Shown: piece after piece, positions 1-12,600 of the stretch
Layout of the letters: every line of letters begins with the position of its first letter
Position numbering within the stretch: the stretch's first letter is position 1
Assembly: GCF_018977255.1 (NCBI RefSeq)
Contig: NW_024704743.1
Span: 108,006,001-108,070,000 of the forward strand
Direction: 5' to 3'
Source: Callorhinchus milii
Taxonomy: Eukaryota
DNA length: 64,000 nucleotides
Position numbers and translations under genes: made by a program
Notes under the pieces: generated by a model
What the model saw: only the letters and a program-made list of their open reading frames with translations
What the model was told of the DNA's origin: nothing
Databases searched by the model: none

Positions 1-603
1 ACAGTTGGAGAACATCAGTAATGATAGGTAACCACACCAAGGTTACAAAGGGAAGATCAACGTTTGACTAGCTGTAATATCAGACCAGAATCTCAAAGAG
101 CTTTGCAAAATCCTCCTGATGTGAAAGCGGCTGTATAAATGTAAATTGTATTGTATTCACTTTCACAATGGAACTTTTTTTTGAGGCACATGGAAAAAAG
201 CTTGTAACAAAGCTTATAGTAAAAACTGGGTGTGAGTTAATTACTGGCATAATTAAAGCAGACACACAGGGTCCTCAAGATTGAAAATGATGGGTAAAAC
301 GTTCATCTATATTTTAGGCCAACACAAGTAACTGTTTTAGTTTTAAAAACACAATACAAATTTATATTTCTAAACCACCTTTCACGTCAGCAGGACATCC
401 CAAAGTGCTTAACAGTACTGGCTGGAGCCAGTTGAACATAATAATACTTGCATTTGATATAGTGCCTTATCGCGTCTTCAAAACATCTCAAAGCATTTCA
501 CAGAATATACTAAAAAATGAATTGACACTATATTTTGTGGGCGAAATACTATACTATAAATATCAAATTATACTATAATAAAAATATATAAACACACACA
601 GAC

Positions 604-657
604 CTAGAGATTCTTCTCGTTCAGAAACAACTTCTTCCGGCTCAAGTGTAGCTCCAT
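604..657 (-). CDS. ASPH: ASPH acidic exon (DGATLEPEEVVSEREESL)
   Basis: tttgtag| and G|gtctgt, 54 nt, phase 1-1. Last exon recognised before the window edge. Confidence 0.8.
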   Translation of the reverse strand: MELHLSRKKLFLNEKNL

Positions 658-755
658 CTACAAAAGACACAACAGGCGTATGTTAACACACTCAGTGCTG
701 TGCAGTTTTTCACTACGTTAACAACTTGAGAAACAGGGCTACAGACCTAAATCAC

Positions 756-794
756 CTTCGTTGTCAGCTTCATCCTCTTCCACCTCAGATTCTG
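756..794 (-). CDS. ASPH: ASPH acidic exon (AESEVEEDEADNE)
   Basis: cccag|CAG (NAGNAG) acceptor, G|gtgatt donor, 39 nt. Confidence 0.8.
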
Positions 795-877
795 CTGGGA
801 AAAAAAATCTTTCTATAATTTTAATGGTCTTTGGCCAGAGCTGGCAGCTAATACAGAGCAAATACAAGGCAAAGTAC

Positions 878-934
878 CTGCAATCTCAGCTTCATCGTGA
901 TCAGTGACTTCACTAACTTCCTCTTCAGAGTCTT
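878..934 (-). CDS. ASPH: ASPH acidic exon (EDSEEEVSEVTDHDEAEIA)
   Basis: tttcag| and G|gtactt, 57 nt, phase 1-1. Confidence 0.82.
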
Positions 935-1367
935 CTGAAAGTAAACAGATACTCAGCGATGAACTGAGAGCCATGCTCAGTTGGCTTCCTTTGGACTCTT
1001 ATTAGATTGCATTAATATACAAAGAAAATTCCCCTCTTTAGGTCTTCTGTGCACGGCAGCATTCTCCAGCTGAGAAGGTGACTGAGCTTGTCACCTCTTT
1101 GAAGGTGTTGGTATAAGTTGCTCTAGATCGGACTGGAGATGTAGCCTGTGAAACTCACCCTTCTTTTGGTGTGGAGAAACAGAGCAGCCTGTGCCCAGCA
1201 CCTACTCGCGTAGGATGGACGAGTGGGACAGGCAGAGGGTGGAGGAAGGAAAGAAAGACGTACAAATCCACATCCTATCACTCTGTCAACGCTGTGCCAC
1301 TGAGCACTCATGTGTCACTCAAGTCAATTGGGTACAATATGCATCAAGAACACTGTGTAGTACAAAC

Positions 1368-1424
1368 CTAGGATCTCTGCTGGTTCAGGCAGTGTTTCCT
1401 CTTCCACTTCATCCTTGGATTCCC
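1368..1424 (-). CDS. ASPH: ASPH acidic exon (GESKDEVEEETLPEPAEIL)
   Basis: ttacag| and G|gtttgt, 57 nt, phase 1-1. Confidence 0.82.
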   Translation of the reverse strand, partial: GNPRMKWKRKHCLNQQRS

Positions 1425-1508
1425 CTGTAAGTGATGCACACTCTTATTAAGCCTGATCATATAACGTCCACTCAAAACAAATGCTGCAGTCTTCCCTCGC
1501 TCACTAAC

Positions 1509-1562
1509 CTGCAGCTTCTGCATGTTCAGTGACTGGCTCCTCTTCCACCTCTTCAGGTTCAG
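1509..1562 (-). CDS. ASPH: ASPH acidic exon (AEPEEVEEEPVTEHAEAA)
   Basis: ttttgcag| and G|gttagt, 54 nt, phase 1-1. Confidence 0.85.
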
Positions 1563-1659
1563 CTGCAAAAAAAACACCCATGTGAAGGAGCAACCTCACA
1601 AACACAGTTTATGTTAAAAAAAATACAGGATTAAATTTGGATCTGTGCAAAGGACATAC

Positions 1660-1716
1660 CTGGAGGTATGTCAGCTACTTCAGACTCAGCTTCTTGCTCT
1701 TCATGTTCAACCTCAT
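1660..1716 (-). CDS. ASPH: ASPH acidic exon (DEVEHEEQEAESEVADIPP)
   Basis: acag| and G|gtatgt, 57 nt, phase 1-1. Confidence 0.85.
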
Positions 1717-1744
1717 CTGTTGATTCAGAGCAAAATCACCATTA

Positions 1745-2045
1745 TAATAATCATTCTTGCATTTGCTGTAGTGCTTCAGCATGTTGTTGAGAGATCTTAA
1801 AGCGCTTCACAGGATTTTACTGTGAAGTGTTGTGACTGTATATTTTATAGGCGAAAGCAGCAGCTAACTTGCCCACAGTATGTCCCACAAACAGCAGTGA
1901 AGTCTGTGAACAATTTGATTTGGGGATAGTTGGCGAGGTCACTGGGAGAAACTCCCTTCTCTTTTCGAATAGTACCATGGGATCTTTAAAGTCCAGCTGA
2001 ACTGGCAGACGGGTCTAACATTCACCCGAAGGGCAGCACCTCCAA
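1745..2045 (-). mobile_element. DeuSINE-like fragment with L2-type tail
   Basis: ccatgggatctttaaagtccagctga is the reverse complement of the same core. Confidence 0.55.
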
Positions 2046-2974
2046 TGTTGATAATCATAATAATAATCCTTGCATTTGATATTCACGTCTTCTAGTATTC
2101 TGTACAGAATATACGGTAAAGTGTATATTTGTGGGCGAAACCTTGTTTGTTTCTGTATTTGTTGGTAATCGCTAAACAACAAATTCAACAGGCCCCCCAA
2201 AATAGAGCAACGTTACACAGATCTACAAGAGGCATTGATATTGACTCACTTCTCTACAGTTTCCATCCACACATTTAAGTGGGAGATATTCTACAATTAA
2301 GCGTCCCTGGTTTGATTCAGGAGGACTACAAAGGAAAATAAATTATTGTACAGCTTCCTCATGTCTTCAATGACGTCAGTATCAGAAACCTTCAGCAAGT
2401 CTCCCCATTGTATTCTTTTTTTTGGTCAGTTGGGTGCTTGACACGTGCAGAAATCCTTCAGTGTGCTTAAGAATATCCAAACCAAACTGAGAATCCCATG
2501 CTGTGCTCTCTATAGGCTGAATGTTAACTTGACAAGTGCTCAACAATTTTTTTTGAAAAAAACTTCAATAAAAAAGTAGTCACAGTAAGATAACAACAGT
2601 GGGTATGACCACAGTACATACTATCTCTCTGTGACCTCCCTCGCTCGCTGGCCTCAACTCTCCCAAATGAAGTTAAGTTGCCAATTTTAATTCAGTTCCT
2701 AGGCAGATGCAAGTTAATGCAAAAGCACCACAAATTCAGTACAAATTAGCAAATCGCCCTCGGAGAGATTACAAGAATAAATGTAACATTTCCATTTCCC
2801 ATTCCACTGCTGTACCATGGGAGTGCTTGTGTGTGGCTGGGGTTCCAGCACATTGCCCGAATCAATGGTGCAAACTTTACCCTGCATTTGAGGGATGTTA
2901 CACTTAACATTTTGTGGGTAAAACACAGCAACCAATTGCACACAGCAGTAATAATAATTTTAATAAAAGTATTA

Positions 2975-3147
2975 ATAATTTGGTCATTCAATCCATGACT
3001 GTTTGTGGGTCACTGCTGTGCGCAATTGGCTACTGTGTTTCACCCACAAAATACACAATCAATTCTCTTCAGAGTATATTCTGTGAAGCGCTTTGAGACG
3101 TCTCAAGGACATGACAAGGTGCTATATCAATTGCTAGGATTATTATA
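2975..3147 (+). mobile_element. SINE 3' fragment
   Basis: ctgtgcgcaattggct...gtgaagcgctttgagacgtc body. Confidence 0.8.
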
Positions 3148-3474
3148 AACATATAGTATTTATCAAACTCGCACTCCCTGTTCCCTCCCCTCAAACCATC
3201 ACTATCTCTCTTCACCCCCTGCTCATATGCTTCTGCACCCAACAGCTTCTTCAAGTTGCTTCCAATGCCCTCTACAGGGAACTGTGTATCCCAAGTTTCC
3301 CAATGCATCTCCAAATCCATATTTGTACAATTTTGGAGAAAATAATAGGAAACTCATTGTTTCACTGTTTAAAGTAAATTTAAGAAATATCCCTTGCTCT
3401 GATCGAGATATCCACCCAATCATGTATTTCAGTCATAGATTATAAATATGTGACTAAAAGTTTATCAGGTTTAC

Positions 3475-3560
3475 CTGTTTCAGCAGCAACATCTCCTCCG
3501 TTTCCTCTGCCAATTCTGGTTCTAATTCTTCTTCTTCTTCTTCTTCTTCAACTGCCTCCT
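3475..3560 (-). CDS. ASPH: ASPH acidic exon (EEAVEEEEEEEELEPELAEETEE...), 86 nt with an apparent 1-nt frameshift
   Basis: ctag| acceptor, G|gtaaac donor, poly-GAA Glu run. Length is not a multiple of 3. Confidence 0.7.
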
Positions 3561-3683
3561 CTAGTGAACAATTAGTAATGGAGTAACTCAAAACATTTAA
3601 ATAGTTTTACTTTTTCTTAAATGAAACATCTCGTTATCCCAATTCTGTAAATATAAAACCCCTCTATTAAACTGTCAGCCTGT

Positions 3684-3998
3684 CAAGCTCTCAGTTGGCA
3701 GGAATCTTGCCTCAGAGTCAAGTTGTGGGTTCAAGCCCCAGGTCAGGATTTTGAGGTCGCAAAGCCTAAGCTGATACTCCAATGCAGTGCTGGGGATTTG
3801 CTGCAACGTTAAAGGTGGCGTCTTTGGATGATATGTTGAACCAAATTCCTATCTGCCTGCTCAGGTGGACATTAAAGATCCCCTGGCACTAATCAGAAAG
3901 ACAAGGACTTTCTCTCAGTGTTCTGGGGTAGATTGCTTTAAGTGCTCTGGGACACTACCCTCCGTGAGGGGCGCTATATAAATGCAATTTGTTATTGT
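3684..3998 (+). mobile_element. Older tRNA-SINE with Deu-domain-like core (SacSINE1/DeuSINE-like)
   Basis: tRNA-like head plus ...tctttggatga...ctcaggtggacattaaagatccc core and L2-like tail. Family name from memory. Confidence 0.6.
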
Positions 3999-4207
3999 TG
4001 CTTGTCTTCTGGTCTTGCTAAAGCAGATGTCGAGTTGCCACATGTTCTCATTGCACCTATTCTACTCAGAGAACAAGTGCTGTTTTCATGTAAATACTGC
4101 GGGTGGCAATGAGACTCCCAAGAAAATCCAATAACATTGTTTTAAGCTGATCTCTGTTCGTTTTGTTTTAAGAACATTACAGTAGTAGTTTTAATGCTAA
4201 AACCTAC

Positions 4208-4291
4208 CTGGTTCGGATCTTAAATCTGCATGGGTCTCACTGGCTTGCAATGGTTCTGGCTCAGGTTCAGAATCTTCCGCTTGTGTTTCAG
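4208..4291 (-). CDS. ASPH: ASPH acidic exon (AETQAEDSEPEPEPLQASETHADLRSEP)
   Basis: aaag| acceptor, G|gtaggt donor, 84 nt, phase 1-1, acidic composition. Confidence 0.85.
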
Positions 4292-4369
4292 CTTTTAAAA
4301 GAACGCAGTTTATTATAGCAACAACGTGCACAGTAAATAGTCCAGGGTTATAACAAGAAGTGATATTTA

Positions 4370-6330
4370 TACAGCAGGGAGAACGCCAAGTAGCTGGACA
4401 GTCCAAGGTTTGCACAGGAACCTGGTGTGTGGGGGGAGAAGAAAGATAACAAAAGGCAACAGTAGTGAGGTGAGCCTTGAACGAGGCGACAGGAGAGTTA
4501 TAGAGACTCCAGAGACCGGGGCAGATAGGCTGAAAGCCTGACAGCTAATGGTGCGGCAGGTAATGTAAGGCTTGTAAAGATCGCAAAGGTAGAGTGGGAC
4601 TACACCATAGAGGGATTTAAAAGTGAAATGAGGATCTTGAACTTGATCCACTGGGGAATGGGGAGCAAGCAGAACCAGGCAAAGATAGGGGTGATAGGGC
4701 CGTGGGCCTAGTACGAGAAAGGACACAAGCTACAGAGTTCTGGATGGTCAGTAGTTTATGAATGGAAGAACTTGGTAGTCCAGTAAGCCAAGAGTTGGCA
4801 TAGTCTAGCCAGGACATGATGAACAACAACAAGAAGATTACATTTGTATAGGGCTTTTCACGTCGGGAGGATGTCCCAAGGCCATGGACAATGTACAGCA
4901 TTTCAGACCTGAGCTGGGGTCAGGAATGGAGAAGGGAGGGGAGGGGAAGGGGGGTGACTGATGGCATGATTGAAGAGGAGGGTTTTGAGGAGGGACTTAA
5001 GGAGGGGACAAGGCGGAGTGATTGGAGGATGGATTTCCAGAGGTTGGGGCAGAGTGGTTGAAGGCTCTTCCACCAATGGTGGGTCAGGTGGGTTGGGGGC
5101 CGTGGAGCAGGCCAGAGCCAGCAGAGTAGAGGGAGCAGGCACGGTGGTAGGGGGTTAGGAGGTCGCAGAGGTAGGGTGGGACAAAGCCATTGAGGGCTTT
5201 GTAGGTGAAGACCAGGATTTTGAACTGGATCCTTTGAAGGATAGGGAGCCAATGGAGTCGGACGAGAAAGGGGGAGATGGGGTCACGGAGTTTGGTGCGG
5301 GAGAGGACACGGACTGCAGAATTCTGGATTATCTGCAGCCTGTGGAGGGAGGAACTGCGAAGGCTGACAAGCAGGTCGTTTGCATAGTCGAGCCTGGAGG
5401 TGATGAAGGCACGAACAAGAGTTTCAGCGGCGTGAGGTAGCAGCAGAGTTGGGCGATGTTACAGAGGTGAGGTAAGGCAGAGCGGATCATGGCTTGGATG
5501 TAGGGAAGACAGTTGAGGGTCGAACAAGACACCGAGGTTCCTGACTGGCTTGGTGAGTTGTAGTGTGCAACCATGGAGGTTGATGCTGCCAGAGCCTGAG
5601 GTGCAAAGGCCTGGCGTGAGGATGGCCTCAGTCTTGTTCACATTCAACTGTAGGAAATTTGTCCTCATCCAGAACTTAATGTCCGACAGGCAGTCTGTCA
5701 GGACAGCAGTGGTCCTGGAGTTGGGTGTCATCCGCGTACATATGGAAGTTGACCCCATATCTGCGGATGATGTCACCACGGGAGAGCATGTAGATATTAA
5801 AGAGGAGAGAGCCAAGCACAGTGCCCTGGGGGACGCCAGATGTGACAGTGCGGGGACTGGAGGAGAAACCATTAGAGGCAACAAAGTGGAGATGGTGAGA
5901 GAGATGGGATTTGATCCAGGCAAGGGCACGAATGCGTAGATTAGGGTCTCGGCAGCCTGAGAAAAGAGGTATTGATGGAGGCGGGCAATGTTATGGAGGT
6001 GAGGGAAAGCTGAGCAGTAGAGAGCAGAGATTTTAAAGAATAGTTGGGAGTTGAAGAAGACACTGAAGTTCCGCATTGGCTTGGTGAGGTGGAATGTTTA
6101 TGCATGTAAATTGATGCTATCAGCGCCTGAGATGAAATGGTGCTTAGGGGAGCCAGGCAGGACAACTGTTTTGTCGACAGTCAACTAGAGGAATCTAGTC
6201 CTCATCCAAGACTTGATGTCTGACAGACAATCAGGCCAGCTAGCTTTTGTCCTGGAATCGAGGGAAAAGACAGAGAGATAGGGTTGGGTGTTATTGTGAA
6301 AGTTAATCCCATGCCTGATGTGTCCAAAAG
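4370..6330 (-). mobile_element. Cluster of stacked L2-clade LINE fragments (decayed RT and 3' UTR)
   Basis: RT-type peptides LSDIKFWMRTNFLQLNVNKTEAI and VRNLGVLFD; (TTG)n tail at about 4822-4832. Confidence 0.85.
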
Positions 6331-9300
6331 TTCACACTCGTTCAATTTACATAAATTATCTGAAAACAAGTTAACTGTGTAAAGTGTGCCCTTCCTTGAT
6401 TGTGTTAAATCACATCTCAAATGTCACAGAAAAGTTCTGGTTATTTGCTCAGTGCGGTTTCAGAAACCTTATTTGATGAGGTTTGCGCACAATTGTACAG
6501 GCAAGAGAGTCACTAGATACAATCTGTAATCCTCTGAAATCCAGCCAAATCTGTATTTCTAAAGTTTGTGCATCAACAAAATGTAAATTTGAATCGTAAG
6601 CACGGCCTGAAGACAAGACATGATTTATGCTTCAGGGGGGGTTGGGGGGTGGGAAATTATTCCTGAAATGTCACGAACATATTAAGGGAATCTTAATCCA
6701 GTTTTAATTTTATATTAAAAAAAGTTGCACCTGTCAATTGACTGTTCTCAACGGGCTCGATAGCTATTGTGGGTTACAGACACTGAGCCCAACATGGAAA
6801 CCGTGTTAGGTGTCATGTGAGTTATAGCAATCTAAAAAAACTTGGTTCACGTTGTTCTAGAACTATTATCTCTCACTTATCGATGATGTCAGCACACTGC
6901 ACCACTGGGTAATGTGACACATGTTTACACCCAGGATCTCCTAACCATCCATAGTTTCTGATTTGGAGAGAGGCACCAAGCAGAGGCTTCGCAGTTTAAT
7001 GTAGATAAGGACTCAAAAGTGGAGACACCCCTGGACACTCAGCCTGCAGTGGCTTTTGTTTGAGTGGCAAGATTTTCAATCAGGAATCGGTGCAGAGAAT
7101 GCAGGTGAAAGAGATTATGTGAATGAATTAGTTTCATATCATTTGTATTTTGAAGTCTTTCTAGTGAAACCGGATTGCATTTTTGGCAAATTAGTTCCTT
7201 CAACTCACCACATCTCAAAATCCATTCTGCAAGTTTATTCTCAACAGCCCAAATACACCTACTTCATTCTGACCAACAGTTTCTACTGCACCTTTGATTG
7301 ACTAGGTGGACAATATCCAGTTGAGATATATTTGTAATGTACATTTTTGTGTACATGTCCATTGCTACCTTTTACATTTTTCCGGATTTGGTGGGAAAAA
7401 TCTTTGCAATCCTCCCCAAAGGTCACAGAAGCATTCACCGGTAGCCTTATAACCATTGCTCGTGTAGTTCTGTCCAATTTCAAAACCATGTTACAACCCT
7501 TAGAGGAGTGAAATGTAGTGATTTCTTCAATATAGCTGAGAGTTACAGCCTTCAGATTCAGTTTGGGATGGACAGCAATGGTATACTTAATTAGCCAGCA
7601 AAAGCATGAACAAGTGGCCTTATATGAACCAAGAGGAATCTTATTTCTGGTGGTTATCCAGTGACCTTGTTGGAAAGTGCACAGAGGATGTTGGACGGAG
7701 ATCGAATTAAGTCTCAACTGCGATTCTCTTCCTCCTTGGTCCAGATTTTATTTTAATAAATGTAGGCTTTATATAATGTACTCTGAGATGAATAAATGCA
7801 AGCCGCTGTTAAATTGGACAGAATTTGAGTAGAACTTGAGAAAGTATTAAAGCTCTACGTTCAAAAGTAATTACCAGTAGAGTTCCACAAAGTTTGATTT
7901 GGATCCCTTTCGCTGCGCACACATATTCATACATGTATTAAAGATTTAATATTTAAATTAATTTCAATTAAATTGGACAGATAATGGAAAATTAGCCAGG
8001 CAAACCTGTTGTTGGTAGCAGTACTGCTGTTAGTGATGCAGTATAATGGGATTGGTGGAGTTCACAATATAGCAGATTGTATTTATCCTGTGGAAGGAAT
8101 CTATTTGATCATCTTAATCTGTTTTCCTCAATGATTGTTTTCTCAGATCCAACTAGAAATTGTTTTTGGAAACCGTATCCATCGGCACAGCTTAAAGGGG
8201 ACTTTATTCCAGTCAGCTCCTGCACAAAATCTATCCTTTCTAAAACAAGTGATCCCGATGTGTGAGCAGTGAAGAAAGTGATTACTGCAGTCAAAAACTA
8301 CTGTTGTTATGTAAAGTGTGGGCGGGATATAATGTAGCAACAATGGACAGTGAAATTAATTTCTGTGCCAATCGCAGATTTTCACGCAGTGCAGTTTTAA
8401 TCACAGTGCACTAATCCCTGCTATGTGTTGCACCTGTCAATAAATGGACTCCCGACAACAAAACTTGAGCTTCCTTTTAACACATAGATGGTACAGCTCA
8501 GAAACAGACTATCCAGACCTGCTAGCATTTATACTCCAAACGAGCCCCCATCCTCAGTCCTATCCCTCGGCCCATATCCCGGCCCTTTGCCCATATCCCT
8601 CAACTTTATTCTCTCTTACCCATGTGTCTGTTTTTTTTTNAATGTGCACATGGTTCCTGCTTCAATTGATTGTGGTAGAGAATTCCATTTTGCCTAATCT
8701 CCGTTCTGGACATCATTTTATTATATCGATTACACATCGCTCGCTCACATTGAGCTACATGGTATGATACGGCATTGAAACAAATCATTTGGCCCAACTG
8801 GTCAGCAATGTTCAGTAATATAATATTCCACACAAATTTCCACCTTTTCTATTCCCCTCACCTAAACCTCTCTATTCCCTTACCCTTCAAATATGCATCA
8901 AGTCTTCTCTTAAATACATTGATACTTTTGCTTCAACCACAGCTTCCTACAGTGAGTTCCACATTCTCTTAAAATGTGTCCTTCCAATATACAATTTGCA
9001 GATGTGTCTATCTGCTTTGGTTCAGTTTTTCATAACCTCAATTCTTCTAAGAGACATTAGCAAGATTTGGTAACTGGTTGAATAAAAACCCAACCACTGA
9101 TTTTCTGAAAGCTTTGCACTTCTACAAAAAACAATGCACTGGGGCTACCTTGTTCAATCTTGTCCAATGATACTTATTCCATTATTTTATAATAATGGTT
9201 GTTTCTCCACCCCCAAAGAGATCCACCTGAATCATCTCAAAGTTAATGAATTTTTGTTTTTAAAAAATTCACTACAAACACATCATGTGCTCTCTCTCAG

Positions 9301-9525
9301 CTCCCTCAGTTGAATTCTTTACCAAACAGCTCTCTAATTCCCTCTTGCATTTGTTGGCACAATATGCTTCCATTGCCTCCCCGTGGAGCATCTGATACAC
9401 AAATCCACCGCTCTTGTGTTTTACACTTGAATCTCAACATCCTCTGAGCTAGAGATCAGTTCCAGAAATTCAGTTCAATAGTTTTGTGCAGTATCAACCC
9501 ATATGGTTCTGTCAAGATACATTAC

Positions 9526-9612
9526 CTGTCTCTAAAGGTATATTCACAGAGTGGTGAACTGGCTCTTCAGTCTTCCCAGCAGGTGCAGCAGGAGCAGCTC
9601 TTTCTTTCAATC
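9526..9612 (-). CDS. ASPH: ASPH/junctate luminal exon (GLKERAAPAAPAGKTEEPVHHSVNIPLET)
   Basis: acag| acceptor, G|gtaatg donor, 87 nt. GLKER start matches the recalled ASPH/junctate sequence after KVLL. Confidence 0.9.
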
Positions 9613-12600
9613 CTGTTTTCAAATGTTGAAGAATCTCATGAAGTAATTGAAATTGCATCGAACCCAGCAATGGTCGTGTGGGAATTGTTAAATGTAAAGT
9701 TGCATAGTTCCTTTCAAGCAATTGTTTTGAACAACTATCCTGAATGCACAGAACTCATTATAAAGACAGTGTTGCTGTTGATCAAAACTATTCAACAAAA
9801 ATTATTTTAAACTATTGTCCAAAACTTCCTTTCCCAAGGTACATAATATAAAGCAAACACTAGAAGTAATTAACTGCATGAATGTTGACACTTTGCATGA
9901 CCGACTTGGTTCAAAAACATTCCTCTGGTACATTTATTCAACCATTTCCTGGGGCACAACTCAGCAATATTTCACTCTGTTGGTGAAAGGGAACATTGAG
10001 AAAATGTGCTTAGATAATGCATTGCAAGATGTATCCACTGTTCTCTAGCTGCAGTAACCAATTACTTGTCCAGCTTTTGACACTAATAATAATGCCAGTG
10101 ACTGAAGTAGAAATTACAGCGAGGAGATGAGATGTAAAGAGGCAGGGAGCTGCTGTAGGCTAATCTTCACTGGATTCACCTTCTATTTTCATTTGTCAAT
10201 TTTATGGTGAAAAACCTGAATGGTTGAGGGTTAAAGCAGAAATATACATTCTCTGTCCATCATATTAAAAGATTATGGGAAAAGAGCAGGGAATGGGTGA
10301 GAGGAGATAACTGTAGTGGGGTAGCAAGTGTCAGTCATAGACATGATAGGCCATTTGACCTCCTTTGATGGGTGTAAATATTTCTTCCACAGCACTTCAA
10401 CTTTCATGAGGATCAGCGACTTTGCGTGTGAATAATCTCAAAGTAGTGGAAAATGAATTAGAAAAGAACTCCTAAATATTTTTCCCAAGGAAAACAAAAA
10501 ATCATTCACAAAGATATATATCTTGCGACCCACTTTTTTGATGGTTGCTCAGTCTTTAAATGATTTGAAAAGTGTCACATAAACCACTTAAATTACCATG
10601 TTGATCGTTGGCCAAATGCATGTTAACCTCAGCCACAATTCCACCATTTGAAAGCTTTTCAATAGTTTATTTTAAGTTTTCACATTGTGTAAAATGCCTA
10701 CAGAAACTCACTCAAAATTTCCAACGAGATTTAGTTACATCTACATTTTCGCAGCATTTACTTTCTAACAAACAAAAAATGAACCTGGATGTACATTAAA
10801 AGCAACAGAGCACAGGGATTCAATTTGATGCAATTTTGCCAATCATTTGGAGATTAGCTGGAGTTTGATCACAATTAGGAAAGCACAGGAAATCAAATGT
10901 CATCCAACAATTTTTCAAAAGTAGCCTTGATTTGATTTTGTTTCTGCACAAGATGCGAAGCATCAGGACTGCCTGCACTGACCTTCAGCGGGCAGCTGTT
11001 CACGTAGAAAAAAAACAAATTGATCACTAGACCAGTGTGTTGCTCCTTGAAAGTAAGAAAGAAAGCCATTTGTAGGACAATGTTGCAGGTAATTGGTTGC
11101 TCCAATCACCAGCAAGATAGTCACTACACTTGGCATTAAATCCTGTGAAGTGCTTCGAAACATCCTCCCGACATGAAAGGTGCTATACCAAATGCAAAGA
11201 TAATTAATAAGCTAAAGACAATCAATATTAGAAACGTAAACCAAGGGAATGGGTGTCTGTTATACATAATAGCCTCTGTCTCTTGTGAGTTAAGATTTTC
11301 TAGCACAAAACTAAAAATAATTTTCATCCAAATGTTTTCCTCACGAGGACCTCAGCATGAGTGCAGCTACTAAGTCAAAGCCTGCTTTATAGTATTACAT
11401 TGTTGTGATCAAAGTTCAACACTCAACAGCGAGCAGCAATTTTACCTGCAAATTCATCTATTAATTTCTATCATTGTGATTTAAATCTACTTTTTGTCTA
11501 TTGAATTGCCTCTCATCATGGGAACACAAACTTGAAAGCATTTCTTCGCCCATACATTTACATGTTTTAGCTCAGTACATTAACCACTAGCCACATGTGG
11601 TGAATTGGGAATCCAGATGTAACTAAATTGTAGTTTTAATTAGTAAATAAAAATTGAGTGATAGAGACCATCTTTGGGCATGCAATCTCAATACTCATAT
11701 TCGCATGGCAGAAGAATGTGTAATTTGACAATTTTTTCCATTGGTTGGTAAAATGATAAGACAAAAAACAGCGTGTGCAAGTATGGTTGGGGGTGTTATC
11801 TGCTAAAATGGTGTGTAACATGGTGAAAATGCCAGATTTCAGCAACATGGAAACCCCAGCAATACTGTATGGAGAGGGCAGCTTAACCAACTGGAATAAT
11901 GGCTCCAGACCAGCAGAAGAAAGCAAGTAATGAGCAGCTCCAACAGGACACGTCATGGCAAAGGGCAAACAGCATCCGACCACATTCTAGATAGACAGCA
12001 GAGGCTGGCGGGTCTGCTGCATCTCGTAAAGATAAAAATAAAGAGAAGAGCAAAACTTCCAAAGAACTTCAAAACTTTGATGAGAGAGAAAGACAGCAAA
12101 GTTTTGCAGCGAATGTTGGTAGACATTTGCTATGCAAATTCATGTGAAATACATTTAGCTTTATGGCGGTTTTCTACTAAAATTAGTGCATGTGGCTAGA
12201 ACGGCGTCATTGTAGCCACACCTATGTTTTTTTTCCAGCAATTTCTATTGGACAACACTGCTTCAGCTGAAAGTTGGTTTGCCTCTTGGATCAGTCTTCC
12301 TTCTTATTTTCTTTGCTATGGAAGTACTCTACAACTTGTTGAAACTGCTGCTTAAAAGCAAATCGTCACGAAAGCTTTACATAAAATAGCCATTTATAAA
12401 AAAGGAAAAAGTACACGTCATGTGTTAGAAGGGCCATGTCCAGCATTTCCAGATAAGCTGCAATTTCTAATCAACAGAAGTCCTGCAACAAGTCCAGCAA
12501 AAAAAATTAAACGTTTTAGTTAAGCTTTCTTTCAATAGTAATGCAGTATAGTTCGTAAACCCCACTCACCATTTTGATTAGGAAAACATATACTGTATTG

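Noticed and set aside
1159..1205. Candidate exon ending at a gtgagt donor between the two acidic triplets
   Set aside because: No acceptor gives an in-frame phase 1-1 exon, and the peptide does not fit the acidic region.
2250..2290. 41-nt candidate exon with gtag| and |gtgagt sites
   Set aside because: Not acidic, not symmetric, and it does not compensate the 86-nt exon frameshift.
6900..12600. Repeat-poor intronic stretch with several 60-144 aa minus-strand ORFs (possible decayed gene or transposase)
   Set aside because: No recognisable motif or splice structure apart from the 9526-9612 exon. A BLASTX search would be needed; unsupported from the sequence alone.
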